The notes under the pieces were generated by a model. The model was not told where the DNA came from. It saw nothing but the letters and a program-made list of their open reading frames with translations, and did no database searches. Positions 18,015 through 27,438 of a DNA stretch of 64,000 nt are shown here, piece after piece. The position numbers and the translations under genes were made by a program. Position 1 is the first letter of the stretch, and each line of letters opens with the position of its first letter. Source of the stretch: a virus (taxonomy: Duplodnaviria > Heunggongvirae > Uroviricota > Caudoviricetes); the IMG/VR virus record IMGVR_UViG_3300033074_000961; one strand, written 5' to 3'.

Positions 18015-18944
18015 TTACGGTAAGCGTAGTATCTCATTGTTGAAGTAATCGTTCAACATATGGAGCAGCGGACGATGGTTTTCCGAAACCTCCGCTTCGC
18101 TTAATTCTGCAAAGTTTTTCCAAGTGACATACTCAATGTCATCTGCCGCCTTGGGTGTACCGCCATTGTATTTCAATACGAAAAGGGCGGTCATAATCTT
18201 GTCTTGCTCCGAGCGGTAACGCCAATCATTAACGAAAGTGCTACCAACATACTTCGGTTCAATCACGTCAAGTCCCGTCTCTTCTTTGACTTCACGGATA
18301 GCTGCCTCTTCCATGCTCTTATCTTGAGCGGGGTCTGTGAACCCACCGGGGAAGCAGAGGGTAGAACGATTGGGTTTACGAGCAAGTAGAAGGCGTTTGT
18401 TATCGTAATCAATCACCGCCATGTCCACTGTCAACTTGAACGATGGGAATTGATTTTGGACTGCGTAAACAATACCTTCACGAAAGTCTTGGGTGGGTTT
18501 GGCCTTGATGCCGATGCGTCGGCGAATTTCACTCGCCGAAATGAATTTGCTAGGCACAAGTTCAATGGTGGGAAACCCACCCTTGTAGGAATTGATGAAA
18601 CTATCCCGACTGCCATACATGACCGCTTTCAATTTGGGTCCGATGGTCTGCGAAATGAGCTTGTCAAGGTTCTTGCTCCAAAGGTCGTTGTCGCCAACGT
18701 CATTCAGATAGAGAACTTCAACATCCCGATACTTTTCCTCAACCATTGCCTTGCGGATGCCGAAGTCAAACGGGTTGTTGGCAGTACACTTGAGCGGGGA
18801 TAGACCGAGAACGATGATTACTCGGGGATGGGCGTTGCGGACAATCTCGATGATTTCTTGATGTCCCTCGTGGAGGAATGGCGATTGGAATCTCGCCACA
18901 ATAACGCCAACGTCTGCATTTTGTTCAGTCACTTTCATAGTCAC
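18015..18944 (-). CDS. nadM: bifunctional NMN/NaMN adenylyltransferase – Nudix (ADP-ribose pyrophosphatase) NadM-type
   Basis: N-terminal ARFQSPFLHEGH (HxGH NMNAT motif as in NadM). C-terminal Nudix box REVKEETGL. Confidence 0.75.
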   Translation of the reverse strand: MTMKVTEQNADVGVIVARFQSPFLHEGHQEIIEIVRNAHPRVIIVLGLSPLKCTANNPFDFGIRKAMVEEKYRDVEVLYLNDVGDNDLWSKNLDKLISQTIGPKLKAVMYGSRDSFINSYKGGFPTIELVPSKFISASEIRRRIGIKAKPTQDFREGIVYAVQNQFPSFKLTVDMAVIDYDNKRLLLARKPNRSTLCFPGGFTDPAQDKSMEEAAIREVKEETGLDVIEPKYVGSTFVNDWRYRSEQDKIMTALFVLKYNGGTPKAADDIEYVTWKNFAELSEAEVSENHRPLLHMLNDYFNNEILRLP

Positions 18945-19065
18945 CTTATCTTGTATCTCGGTGTTGCTACACCCGCAAAGAACCTAATCCTTAATCTTGG
19001 TTCAATGCGAACAACAATACATAGTATTGATTGTGAAGAAAGTGTAACATAGACACTTTTTATTG

Positions 19066-19296
19066 TCAAGTTCTTTCTGCAACTTCTTCAAGTTGCTCTG
19101 CCGTAAGGGGTTTCCATCCTTCGATTTTTCCAGTGTCGTTGTCAATGGTGAGGCGAACATAGTCACCACCACCAATGCCAAGGTTGCGAGGCACTTCCCC
19201 ATTATATTCAAGTTCTGTCTCAAGGACTTTCATCCCGAAGCAGTCACTACACTTTGCCACGATTCGTATTTTCATATCAGTTTGTTTGTAGGGCAA
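19066..19296 (-). CDS. hypothetical protein
   Basis: 76-aa ORF. Confidence 0.3.
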   Translation of the reverse strand: MPYKQTDMKIRIVAKCSDCFGMKVLETELEYNGEVPRNLGIGGGDYVRLTIDNDTGKIEGWKPLTAEQLEEVAERT

Positions 19297-19942
19297 CGAG
19301 GCGGTCCAAACCTATGGCAACCTCGAAAACGATACCGTGCTCCCAATCACTACGCACCGAGCACCCCGCCACTTCCAACCCATTCAACTCCCAATCAAGG
19401 GTCTTGCTGGAATAGTGTGGTAATTCTTTTGCTTCAACAATTGTGCCGCCATAGCGTCCCGTCAATGCTGCCAATGCTTCCTCAAGGTACGGAGCTTTTG
19501 TGCCGAGCGAAGTAAAGAGCTGAAACTCCATCTGGTAAAATTGAATTAAACGCAGCTGCGATGCCCTCATGGTGTCGGCACACTTCTCGTCACGGAAGCT
19601 ACACCCGACTTGCCACATGCAGAAAGGTAGATATTTCTTCATTAGTGCCTTGTCGGGGAACTTCTGATCGAAGGATTCGTACGTGCCCACGGTTGTCTCA
19701 GGACGAAGAAAAAGGTTGCGCTCGCTCTTGACTTCAAGCAACTCAAACCCTGTAGCAATGTGAGAAGCAAGACGCTCCCGAGGGACAAGTATTGGCGTCT
19801 CACAACGCTCCATCTTGACGGCGGGATTTAGATTGCGCCAAGTGTCAATAAGCAGAGCGGGAATCTCCCGAATCAAAGACTCACGGCGAGTGATTTCAAA
19901 CTCCGACCAACTGACAGTAGCGTTTGTGAAAATAGGTTTCAT
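19277..19942 (-). CDS. class IIa aminoacyl-tRNA-synthetase-like catalytic core (HisRS/HisZ-like), no anticodon-binding domain
   Basis: Motif 1-like FLRPETT, motif 2 CSFRDE...QFYQMEF, motif 3 AIGLDRLVAL. Confidence 0.5.
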   Translation of the reverse strand: MKPIFTNATVSWSEFEITRRESLIREIPALLIDTWRNLNPAVKMERCETPILVPRERLASHIATGFELLEVKSERNLFLRPETTVGTYESFDQKFPDKALMKKYLPFCMWQVGCSFRDEKCADTMRASQLRLIQFYQMEFQLFTSLGTKAPYLEEALAALTGRYGGTIVEAKELPHYSSKTLDWELNGLEVAGCSVRSDWEHGIVFEVAIGLDRLVALQTN

Positions 19943-20247
19943 TATTTCCTACCAAGCAGTCGCATGGGAATGCGCCAGTACATCATTGCGAACCACACGA
20001 GCACAGTCAACACTGAAGAAAGCAAGTGGAGTCCATCTGTGGCGGCAATGGGGAAGGATAAAGGTTTGCCAGTGAAGAAGAGGATGGACACAATAAAGAG
20101 TACTTTGGTCACACCAAAGAGAAGAAATGAGGCGAAGAACCACCCCAAGAATCCACCGAGGCCGTCAACGGGTTTCCACGTCCCATGTTTCCGCATACAG
20201 AATGCCAGCGTGAACATGAACACAACGATAAAAAACATGTCTTGCAT
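19942..20247 (-). CDS. membrane protein
   Basis: Three hydrophobic helices. A σ70-like promoter lies upstream. Confidence 0.45.
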   Translation of the reverse strand: MQDMFFIVVFMFTLAFCMRKHGTWKPVDGLGGFLGWFFASFLLFGVTKVLFIVSILFFTGKPLSFPIAATDGLHLLSSVLTVLVWFAMMYWRIPMRLLGRK

Positions 20248-20253
20248 AGTGCG

Positions 20254-20288
20254 ATACTTTACTTCATGTGGTATAAAAAGTCAAGGGG
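20254..20288 (-). promoter_or_regulatory. σ70-like promoter (TTGACT-N17-TAAAGT) with a short leader
   Basis: CTTGACTttttataccacatgaagTAAAGTatcgcactATG. Shares the 18-mer GTGGTATAAAAAGTCAAG with the pncB promoter. Confidence 0.4.
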
Positions 20289-20655
20289 AAAGTATGACGG
20301 GTTGCATTTCTTCCCTAAGTAGGTCGGAAGGAGCAATGTAGCAGAGACCTATTTTGTAGTCCGCATATGCCACTGTTCGCTTCTGGAGGTAAAGTTTGAC
20401 GTTGGCACTGTCAAAACTACGATATTCAAGGTAGAACACTACATTATTGGTCTGTCGGTATGCTTCCGCAACAGGGATAAAGAAGTGTTTCCATTGAATA
20501 TGCTTTTGTTGAAATTCCACATAGGGTCCACGCTTACCAATCACTACACGGGTATATCCTGTAGCGAGCAACAGACCTGTAGCACTGTAGAACTTCAAGT
20601 CATCACTGCCCGAGTCCACATTGATTAACAAACTATTGCGTATTCGTTGACTCAT
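20281..20655 (-). CDS. hypothetical protein (internal start of ORF 20281..20760)
   Basis: Protein-like. Start trimmed to MSQRIRN to reduce overlap with the PRTase gene. Confidence 0.35.
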   Translation of the reverse strand: MSQRIRNSLLINVDSGSDDLKFYSATGLLLATGYTRVVIGKRGPYVEFQQKHIQWKHFFIPVAEAYRQTNNVVFYLEYRSFDSANVKLYLQKRTVAYADYKIGLCYIAPSDLLREEMQPVILSP

Positions 20656-21097
20656 CTTTTTCCCAAGGGTACACAATCCATTGGTCTTTATGTTTTGTTT
20701 CAACAAAGAAGTCGGGTTTGCAGTCAGGACTACTTTCGGGACACCAGTGGAGGGCAGCAACCCACATATTATCCGTGCGGACTACTTGCTTCAAGAACTT
20801 GATAGTTTTCCCACTGTCCACAATGTCATCCACCACGAGGAAAGGAACACCATCAAACATTTGTGCGAAGTGATACCACCGTTGGTCTCCTATAGCAGGA
20901 GCATTTCCATCACGAAAGGATATGTTGACAGAAGTGTGTTGTTTATTCAAAGCATAGGATAACCATCGAGAAAGCGGAAGTCCACCACGCTCAATGCCTA
21001 CAACCCATTGGAAGCGATTTTGAATCTTACCTAATTGAGCACAAAGATTTTGTGCCATCCGAGAGAAGTCTTCGTTGGTAAGGTATAACTTAGTCAT
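20633..21097 (-). CDS. gpt: type I purine phosphoribosyltransferase, xanthine-guanine PRTase (Gpt)-like
   Basis: IERGGLPL, PRPP-binding FLVVDDIVDSGKT, C-terminal QWIVYPWEKD resemble Gpt. Confidence 0.6.
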   Translation of the reverse strand: MTKLYLTNEDFSRMAQNLCAQLGKIQNRFQWVVGIERGGLPLSRWLSYALNKQHTSVNISFRDGNAPAIGDQRWYHFAQMFDGVPFLVVDDIVDSGKTIKFLKQVVRTDNMWVAALHWCPESSPDCKPDFFVETKHKDQWIVYPWEKDESTNTQ

Positions 21098-21504
21098 GAG
21101 AGTGTTGTAACAATATCTTTTGCTAACTGCAATAATTCATCTTCTGAGAACATTGCTTTAGCGAGGTTGGCATGATAATCAACAAAGCGAAGGTTAGAAA
21201 TATCATTAGTCCCACCACGACTTTTGGGAACAGAATGATCAATAGATATGTTTTTTCTAGTAAGGCGTCGTCCAGTCAAAGGACAAATCAATTGTTGCCG
21301 TTTGGCAATTTTCCATAAATCCCATGCCCCAATGCCTATACTGTACTTTCGCCGAAGGATTTCAGATAGATATTTGAAATACCTCTTTTGCTTGTGGCGT
21401 TTAGCTTTGCGACGAATTCGGGCAATATACTTAGGAGTATGCTTAATGCGATGATACTTTCGCCTTGCTTTTGCTCTCCGCTTGTCAATTTCTTCCTGAG
21501 ACAT
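21094..21504 (-). mobile_element. free-standing HNH endonuclease
   Basis: CPLTGRRL...IDHSVPKSRGGTNDISNLRFVDYHAN. Confidence 0.65.
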
Positions 21505-21508
21505 AAAA

Positions 21509-21542
21509 ATTGGACGGCAGACCCACCCGAATAGGTCTGCCG
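21509..21542 (-). terminator. rho-independent terminator (12-bp stem) followed by AATTTTTAT on the minus strand
   Basis: ggacggcagacc/ggtctgccgtcc hairpin downstream of gene 21605..22771. Confidence 0.5.
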
Positions 21543-21604
21543 TCCGTTATTAGGGCATCGGGAACGCTAGGAACGATGCCCCTTCTTCTTTTGGGAGAAG
21601 ATGT

Positions 21605-22771
21605 TTACAAAAGTTCTTTTTCAAAGTATCCATTGACGTACCCTTCAATGTACTTAGCGTGAGCGGGACTGTCTGCCCCTTGCACGTCTCCCGCAAGGAA
21701 ACGAGCAGAGTTCAAACGGTCCTTGTCATAGATACCCGCTTGCATTCCTTCGAGATACTTTTCCTCGTTGTCATCATCGTCGGAAAGGACACCGGCATCT
21801 TGTGCTGCCTGCACCAGTTCATTTGAATTTGGTGAAAGCGAATCTGCCAGTGCAACACCACCAATCACGGCGGGATCACCATTAGGCGCATCAAGACCGG
21901 GAGTCTCCATCGCACGGCATTGTTCACAATCACACCCACAGTTGGGACAGTCAGTACCGCCACAAGTGCAAGAGTTGTCAGTATCAAACTCGGGGTCTCG
22001 GGGTTCAAATTCCGAAGTATAAGTATCAGGCATCGGTCCAGTATATTCACCAATTACCCGATATTTGCAGCAACGAAGTTTCTGGCATGAGCAGTCGGAA
22101 GGCACAGAAACCACGTCGGCGGGGTCAATTTCCACTAGAATCACACGCTCGCCCCAACCACGGGCATAGGCGAGAGAACCAGCGTGCAACCCGAAGGAGC
22201 ATCCATTGCGGAAGTCGTCATCGCACGAGGACCGTTCGATTTCGATAGTTTTCCCGATTTCATTCAAGATATGTCCCTCGGAGTCCGTGACACCTTGAAG
22301 CACCACAGTCTTGGTGTTACCCATCACCGAGTAGAAAGACGAGCGGACACCTTTGTAGGCAATAATCATACCCTCGGGAGTCAGGGGCATGTTTTTGTGC
22401 TCAAGAAAGTTGTACAATTCGTTGATGGCTCGAGCGGAAGGATTCTTCAACTTACGTGCCATGTAATTGGCAATCGGCCTGAAGGGGAGACCATCACGCA
22501 AGAAAGCAAGCACCCGATCCGAATCAACCCCGTGCATCGGACGACCAGCATACGTGACACCTGTAGAATTCACGGAGAGCAACCCCACCGTGTAGTCTTC
22601 CATGACTGCCTTGAGAGAGATAAGGGAGCGAAGCACTGCTTCGTTTCCCGCTTTGAATGCATCCACAATCTCCGTCCACTTGGGATGGTCATTGCGAGCA
22701 GTGAGAATTTCGGAACCACCATTCAATACGAGGGTGAGCGTTCCATTCGTCAAAGACATTGCTGTAATCAT
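21605..22771 (-). CDS. hypothetical protein with Cys-rich segment; possible rIIB-like partner of rIIA (by position only)
   Basis: 388 aa, immediately downstream of the rIIA-like gene. Confidence 0.3.
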   Translation of the reverse strand: MITAMSLTNGTLTLVLNGGSEILTARNDHPKWTEIVDAFKAGNEAVLRSLISLKAVMEDYTVGLLSVNSTGVTYAGRPMHGVDSDRVLAFLRDGLPFRPIANYMARKLKNPSARAINELYNFLEHKNMPLTPEGMIIAYKGVRSSFYSVMGNTKTVVLQGVTDSEGHILNEIGKTIEIERSSCDDDFRNGCSFGLHAGSLAYARGWGERVILVEIDPADVVSVPSDCSCQKLRCCKYRVIGEYTGPMPDTYTSEFEPRDPEFDTDNSCTCGGTDCPNCGCDCEQCRAMETPGLDAPNGDPAVIGGVALADSLSPNSNELVQAAQDAGVLSDDDDNEEKYLEGMQAGIYDKDRLNSARFLAGDVQGADSPAHAKYIEGYVNGYFEKELL

Positions 22772-22802
22772 AGTCGTATCTTACTTGGTTTTGGTGTTTT
22801 TG

Positions 22803-23024
22803 TCAAATACTTTCTTCGGTTTCGGGAGGGAAGTTGTCTTGAATGACTGTCTTGTGGACTCTACTCACACAAGAAGGTGGGAAGAAACCGCCATTCCGAT
22901 TGATGAAAATGACACCATACTTGTCCACCATTTTTCGGTCGTGTCCGATAGTGTTGTCCTGATGCCCAAGGTAAGACCAATAAGTGCATCCACTCGTGTT
23001 TGTAATGAGCAAGTATGTTTCCAT
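22803..23024 (-). CDS. hypothetical protein
   Basis: 73-aa ORF. Confidence 0.3.
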   Translation of the reverse strand: METYLLITNTSGCTYWSYLGHQDNTIGHDRKMVDKYGVIFINRNGGFFPPSCVSRVHKTVIQDNFPPETEESI

Positions 23025-23056
23025 AGTGCGTTATTATACTTTGTTTCGGGTTATTG

Positions 23057-25480
23057 TCAAGCGGCAACTTCGGACTCTTCAACTTTCTCTTCCACAACGG
23101 GTTGTGGAGGAGCTGGCGGGGTCATGTCCCGAGTCAAGTCAATGAACAAGTCCATTGCGTTGACATACTTGGCGACTTTCGCCGCTTCTTCAGGCTTGGC
23201 ATAGTAATCGTTTTCCAAGTTGCTGAAATTGATATAAGGATACATGGCTTTGGCATCTTCCGTAACTTTCTCAAAGTCAATCGTGCCCACAGTCTCACCC
23301 TTAACCTTATCCCAGTAGTGCAGCTCCTTGAGGGCATTCACCAGCTTGAGATAGTTGTCATAATTTTTGTCGCTTCCCGTAGCGATAAGTTTCAACATGA
23401 GACTGTTCTTGTCCATGATTTGTGGAATAAGCAAATCTGCCCACGCCTTTTCAACTACCGTGCTACCATTGAATGCTTCGGCATCCACGAGAGAAGAAAC
23501 ATTCGTGATACCGGGAAGTGCTTCTTCAATGACAGACCAAACGTTGGTCCAATCGCCACAAGAAACCGCTTCCTTGAACCATTTCGCTTCACTGGTTTGC
23601 TTGCCCACGATGTACACCCGAGGCACGTCCAGACCAAGTTCATCCACCAGAACCTTGATGGCTTCGGCAACTTCGTCAGCATCCCGATGCCAGCCATTGC
23701 TCAACTTAACCGTAACACTCGGGTCTTCGGAAGTGTGCCAGCGACGACGGCGACGAGCACGAGTAACTTCACCAATCTCCACGAAGTAAGCACCCTCTTC
23801 GATTTCACGAATGGGCACTTCCATTTCTTCAACGGAGACTTCACCATCAAAATCCATATAACGGAGCGTGCGAGTACCCCCGCCACCGCCACCGTAGGAA
23901 CGAGACACTTTGTTGACATTATTCCACGTTTTCGCAGCGGGAAGGATTTCAGATAGAATCAACACGGGCACAGTATCAAAATGATACTCTGCGAAGAAAG
24001 CATCCCGCACAGTCTGGTTGACGAAGTTGAGGACATGCACCGTGCGAATCTTGGAACCATCCTGAAGAATGAGATACCTAGCGGCAACGGACTGTCCATA
24101 CTTCGCACCAGTATCATTGATGATAACAGCAACTTGATGGGAAGCAACGATGCGGTTGGCACTTTCAGAAGTGCAACGATTCATCTTCGCCCGTTTCTTC
24201 TTCTTGCGATACGTCACCATCACGGGGATAGACGGATTGTGCTTGTGCTTCTGAATGCCGGGGAAGTTAGTGACATCATTATCAAAACGATTGATGCCAT
24301 TAAATCCAGCGTCGTCAATCACAATATCGTTCCACTTGAATGACCCACGGAAGTTGATCTCGATGGACGTGAGATTGCCATCCAAAACCTTAATGCGCTC
24401 AATCGTGTCGGCATCCTCGCCTTTTTCCAGCTCAAGCATACCCGTGCCGAAAAGGGAGTTGTAAATCATTTTCGCTTCCCACACGGTCTTGGCATCGGCG
24501 AACTTCGCTTGGAAGGACTCCTGAATCTTAGCGAAGATGCTTTCAATGCGGTCCATGAGTGCCTTGATAGTGAAGTCGGTGTACTCAAGGGACTCCCGAG
24601 AGTCAACGAACTGAACTTCACCCATCTTGAAGAACAAGGTCACGTCATTGTTCTGGAGAAGGTCAAAGAGACAACGCTTTTGAGCAGTCAGAGACATGCG
24701 CTTGCTAAGGACGTTCCAATCAATACGGTAAGGAACACCGCCCATGAATGCCACGCCCACGGCAGAACCTTCCGAGCGAGGGCGAACGTTCCAACCCTCG
24801 CCTTGCAACGTCGGCGGGGTATTGCGGAATTTCATCATACGATTGAAATGGCTGTCTTCCAAGCGATTGATGGTAGGGAGGACTTCCCAATACTTAAAGT
24901 AATCGGCAGCCTCTTGATGGAAAGTCCACAGAGAAGATTGCTTCACGGGGATGCAGACTTCAATGCCAGAGGGTTCATCCGAAGGAGTGCGGGACAATTC
25001 ATAGACCGTGTGAAGTTTGGTGGAGTCGCCCTTGACACAGTTGTAAACAGCCTTCTCACCATTCACCCAAGACGTAACCGTGAAAGAATCGGCATGAGCA
25101 AATCCTGCCTTGCACCCGTAACCGAGTACGCCGTTCTCGGCAGCAGAGTTGCGCTTGGTGGACAATCCCATGACGCAATAGATGCCACGGATTTGGTCCT
25201 TGGTCAGTCCAGAACCGAAGTCACGGACTTTGAAGGTGAAATCTTCCATCGTCGGGAGAGTAACGATGACTTCGGAAGTTGGTTTGCCAGCGACAATGTG
25301 AGCATCGTTGGCGTTGTTGGAGTATTCACGGACAGATGCCAGCTCTTTGCGAGTGTACATCTTATCCGAGAGGGATTGCATGATACGGGCCTTGGTGTCA
25401 TCCGTAAAGTCGAAGTTTCCAACCACTTCAACCCCCATACCTTGCGTTTCAATCGTTTGCGGCGTTTCGTTCGGAATCAT
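23057..25480 (-). CDS. rIIA: rIIA-like protein with N-terminal GHKL (Bergerat-fold) ATPase domain
   Basis: N-box SNNANDAH, G1 VRDFGSGL, G2 LGYGCKAGF; 807 aa. The pattern matches my recollection of T4 rIIA (ITNMIDAH / CRDFGPG / FGLGSKSPF). Confidence 0.55.
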   Translation of the reverse strand: MIPNETPQTIETQGMGVEVVGNFDFTDDTKARIMQSLSDKMYTRKELASVREYSNNANDAHIVAGKPTSEVIVTLPTMEDFTFKVRDFGSGLTKDQIRGIYCVMGLSTKRNSAAENGVLGYGCKAGFAHADSFTVTSWVNGEKAVYNCVKGDSTKLHTVYELSRTPSDEPSGIEVCIPVKQSSLWTFHQEAADYFKYWEVLPTINRLEDSHFNRMMKFRNTPPTLQGEGWNVRPRSEGSAVGVAFMGGVPYRIDWNVLSKRMSLTAQKRCLFDLLQNNDVTLFFKMGEVQFVDSRESLEYTDFTIKALMDRIESIFAKIQESFQAKFADAKTVWEAKMIYNSLFGTGMLELEKGEDADTIERIKVLDGNLTSIEINFRGSFKWNDIVIDDAGFNGINRFDNDVTNFPGIQKHKHNPSIPVMVTYRKKKKRAKMNRCTSESANRIVASHQVAVIINDTGAKYGQSVAARYLILQDGSKIRTVHVLNFVNQTVRDAFFAEYHFDTVPVLILSEILPAAKTWNNVNKVSRSYGGGGGGTRTLRYMDFDGEVSVEEMEVPIREIEEGAYFVEIGEVTRARRRRRWHTSEDPSVTVKLSNGWHRDADEVAEAIKVLVDELGLDVPRVYIVGKQTSEAKWFKEAVSCGDWTNVWSVIEEALPGITNVSSLVDAEAFNGSTVVEKAWADLLIPQIMDKNSLMLKLIATGSDKNYDNYLKLVNALKELHYWDKVKGETVGTIDFEKVTEDAKAMYPYINFSNLENDYYAKPEEAAKVAKYVNAMDLFIDLTRDMTPPAPPQPVVEEKVEESEVAA

Positions 25481-25542
25481 AGCGTTTTGTTTTTGTCGTG
25501 TTGTTATGACTGATTTCGGGTCAGTCGTTTCTTATTACGCTA

Positions 25543-25574
25543 CAACTATAGCATACCCATTGAGGATGTCAACA
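25543..25574 (-). promoter_or_regulatory. σ70-like promoter (TTGACA-N16-TATAGT) with upstream A/T tract, ahead of the rIIA-like gene
   Basis: ctttttttattttcgctgTTGACAtcctcaatgggtatgcTATAGT on the minus strand. Confidence 0.45.
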
Positions 25575-25606
25575 GCGAAAATAAAAAAAGTTTCGGGCGA
25601 TGTATG

Positions 25607-26188
25607 TCATTGTTTATCAACGACATCCAATCTTTCGGCATCGTCCATTCTGGCAGAAATACCATCGCAAAGATGGAGCAACCAAGCAACTCGGGTCTTC
25701 GGTGCTACAGGACTTCCTGCCTCACGTCTTCCGTGATGGGCGAGAATAGCATGAAGAACCCGATCATGATACCTTTCATTGACATCAGGATACTTACTCA
25801 CGCAATCATGCCAGATGATACATGAACGGGGGAGATGGTGGATAAGCCTTCGGTGCTCGGCAGGTTTCCACACCTTCAACTCCCCTTGAAGCTCCATTGT
25901 ATAATCAAACATTTTACCCGTGTCGTGGAATAGTGCTGCCAGATAAAATTCAATTGGGTCAACCTTGTCGCAGAGATTGAGTAAAGGAATTGCCCATAGT
26001 CCCAACTCAATGATTTCGGTGGTATGGCGTAACAATCCACCCTCTTCATAGTGATGAAGCATTTTGTTATGACTACCCGCCCAATACTCAAATTGAGGAT
26101 ATTGAGATAGCAATTCGTTGAAGACTAGTTCTACGTTATGCTGTCTTGCCCGGGCACGGAGCAGTTCTATTCTTGGGACTTGGTTCAT
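25607..26188 (-). CDS. HD-domain phosphohydrolase
   Basis: H...HDTGK...HH...D arrangement: LRHTTEI, ALFHDTGK, AILAHHG, LHLCD. Confidence 0.6.
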   Translation of the reverse strand: MNQVPRIELLRARARQHNVELVFNELLSQYPQFEYWAGSHNKMLHHYEEGGLLRHTTEIIELGLWAIPLLNLCDKVDPIEFYLAALFHDTGKMFDYTMELQGELKVWKPAEHRRLIHHLPRSCIIWHDCVSKYPDVNERYHDRVLHAILAHHGRREAGSPVAPKTRVAWLLHLCDGISARMDDAERLDVVDKQ

Positions 26189-26634
26189 GATAGATATTTC
26201 AAGGCAAAGTAGTTGATGACTAAGTGGAGGAAATTGTCATGGACGATGTACAACCATGCCGAAATAAAGAACAGGCGTGGTTTGTAATACAAATCAGTTG
26301 ACCCATCGCCCGAGGTTGCCTTCGTGGTATTGAAGGGGCTGTCATCATAATATCCCGTGGTGTCGCACTTGGCATATTCGGGATAGATAAACTTCGGATT
26401 CAAGTGACCACGCAACCAGATGAAACGCTTGAGTGGAGTATGGAAGCGGTCAAGTAGGAAGTGCGTTGCTCCAATCACGAGCAGTGCTTTCCAACTAGTA
26501 GTAAGTAGCAAAAAACAGGCAGTGTAAATGAGAACATGCACTAAACATGGAATAGTGCGTTTAGACTTGTTCAATGCCATCCAGTCGGATTGCAGAACAT
26601 AATCACCCATTAGATGAACGAGGAGCTGCTCCAT
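26185..26634 (-). CDS. membrane protein
   Basis: Hydrophobic helices. Confidence 0.4.
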   Translation of the reverse strand: MEQLLVHLMGDYVLQSDWMALNKSKRTIPCLVHVLIYTACFLLLTTSWKALLVIGATHFLLDRFHTPLKRFIWLRGHLNPKFIYPEYAKCDTTGYYDDSPFNTTKATSGDGSTDLYYKPRLFFISAWLYIVHDNFLHLVINYFALKYLS

Positions 26635-27196
26635 TTAACATACTTATCTTACATTGAGTGTTTTCCAGAACTTCACCGCCGCACTCAAAGGTTCCGGTGA
26701 TGAAGACATCATTGATACCTTTCAACGATAACGAGTCTATACTACGAAAATACCCCACGTTTGTCAAGGAAAGATTACCCGTCATTTGGGAGAAGACCCA
26801 TTCATTCTCAAAGGTCTTCTTATAGACTGCCTTTGGACCAGTGAAGAACATGGTCTTGGTATGGTGTCGGTGATTAACTCCCGGCGAGAATAGTTCCTTG
26901 ACCTTTTCTATTTTAGAATCATACTCTTGCTGCTTCTTTTCTGCTTTGATGTTTCCAAGGTAATAGTCAACATATTCCATTGAAGCATAGAGAACGTCGT
27001 CGCCCAATCCTTGTCCGTCCATTTCGGTAAGGTAGTCATTGGGAACTACAAGAATAGGAATACGAAAAGGTTCTCGGGAGACGAGACGGCAATCCCGTGT
27101 TCTTAGAGTCGGTGATGCCAAGCACTCGGGATATTCAAAGACTTGTTCAATCTTTCCGCTTCTCGGGTCTTTCAATAGAAACAGTTTGAGTAACAT
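26603..27196 (-). CDS. hypothetical protein
   Basis: 197-aa ORF. Confidence 0.4.
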   Translation of the reverse strand: MLLKLFLLKDPRSGKIEQVFEYPECLASPTLRTRDCRLVSREPFRIPILVVPNDYLTEMDGQGLGDDVLYASMEYVDYYLGNIKAEKKQQEYDSKIEKVKELFSPGVNHRHHTKTMFFTGPKAVYKKTFENEWVFSQMTGNLSLTNVGYFRSIDSLSLKGINDVFITGTFECGGEVLENTQCKISMLNGAAPRSSNG

Positions 27197-27437
27197 TTTT
27201 TGGTGGGTAATTCACTACAAGATTAACTTGTTCACTTGCCTTTTGATGGTCTATGATTTTTTGTACTAAGTCTTGAAGTTCTTTATGAATACGCTCGGGA
27301 CTATTCCATAAGGGGTCTCCGCTACATGGACAACGACACTTACTGCCGCCAAAATGACCGGGAGGGGCGGGATGCCCTAATTCGCAGTTTCCATGATTAC
27401 CGTTTTCGCACGCCTGACAGTAGTAGAGGTAAACCAT
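27147..27437 (-). CDS. hypothetical Cys/His-rich protein
   Basis: CQACENGNHGNC...CRCPC. Confidence 0.35.
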   Translation of the reverse strand: MVYLYYCQACENGNHGNCELGHPAPPGHFGGSKCRCPCSGDPLWNSPERIHKELQDLVQKIIDHQKASEQVNLVVNYPPKNVTQTVSIERPEKRKD

Positions 27438-27438
27438 A

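Noticed and set aside
23054-25513. Plus-strand ORFs 23054..23956 and 24509..25513 antisense to the rIIA-like gene
   Set aside because: The minus-strand frame carries unambiguous GHKL motifs. The plus ORFs are low-complexity shadows.
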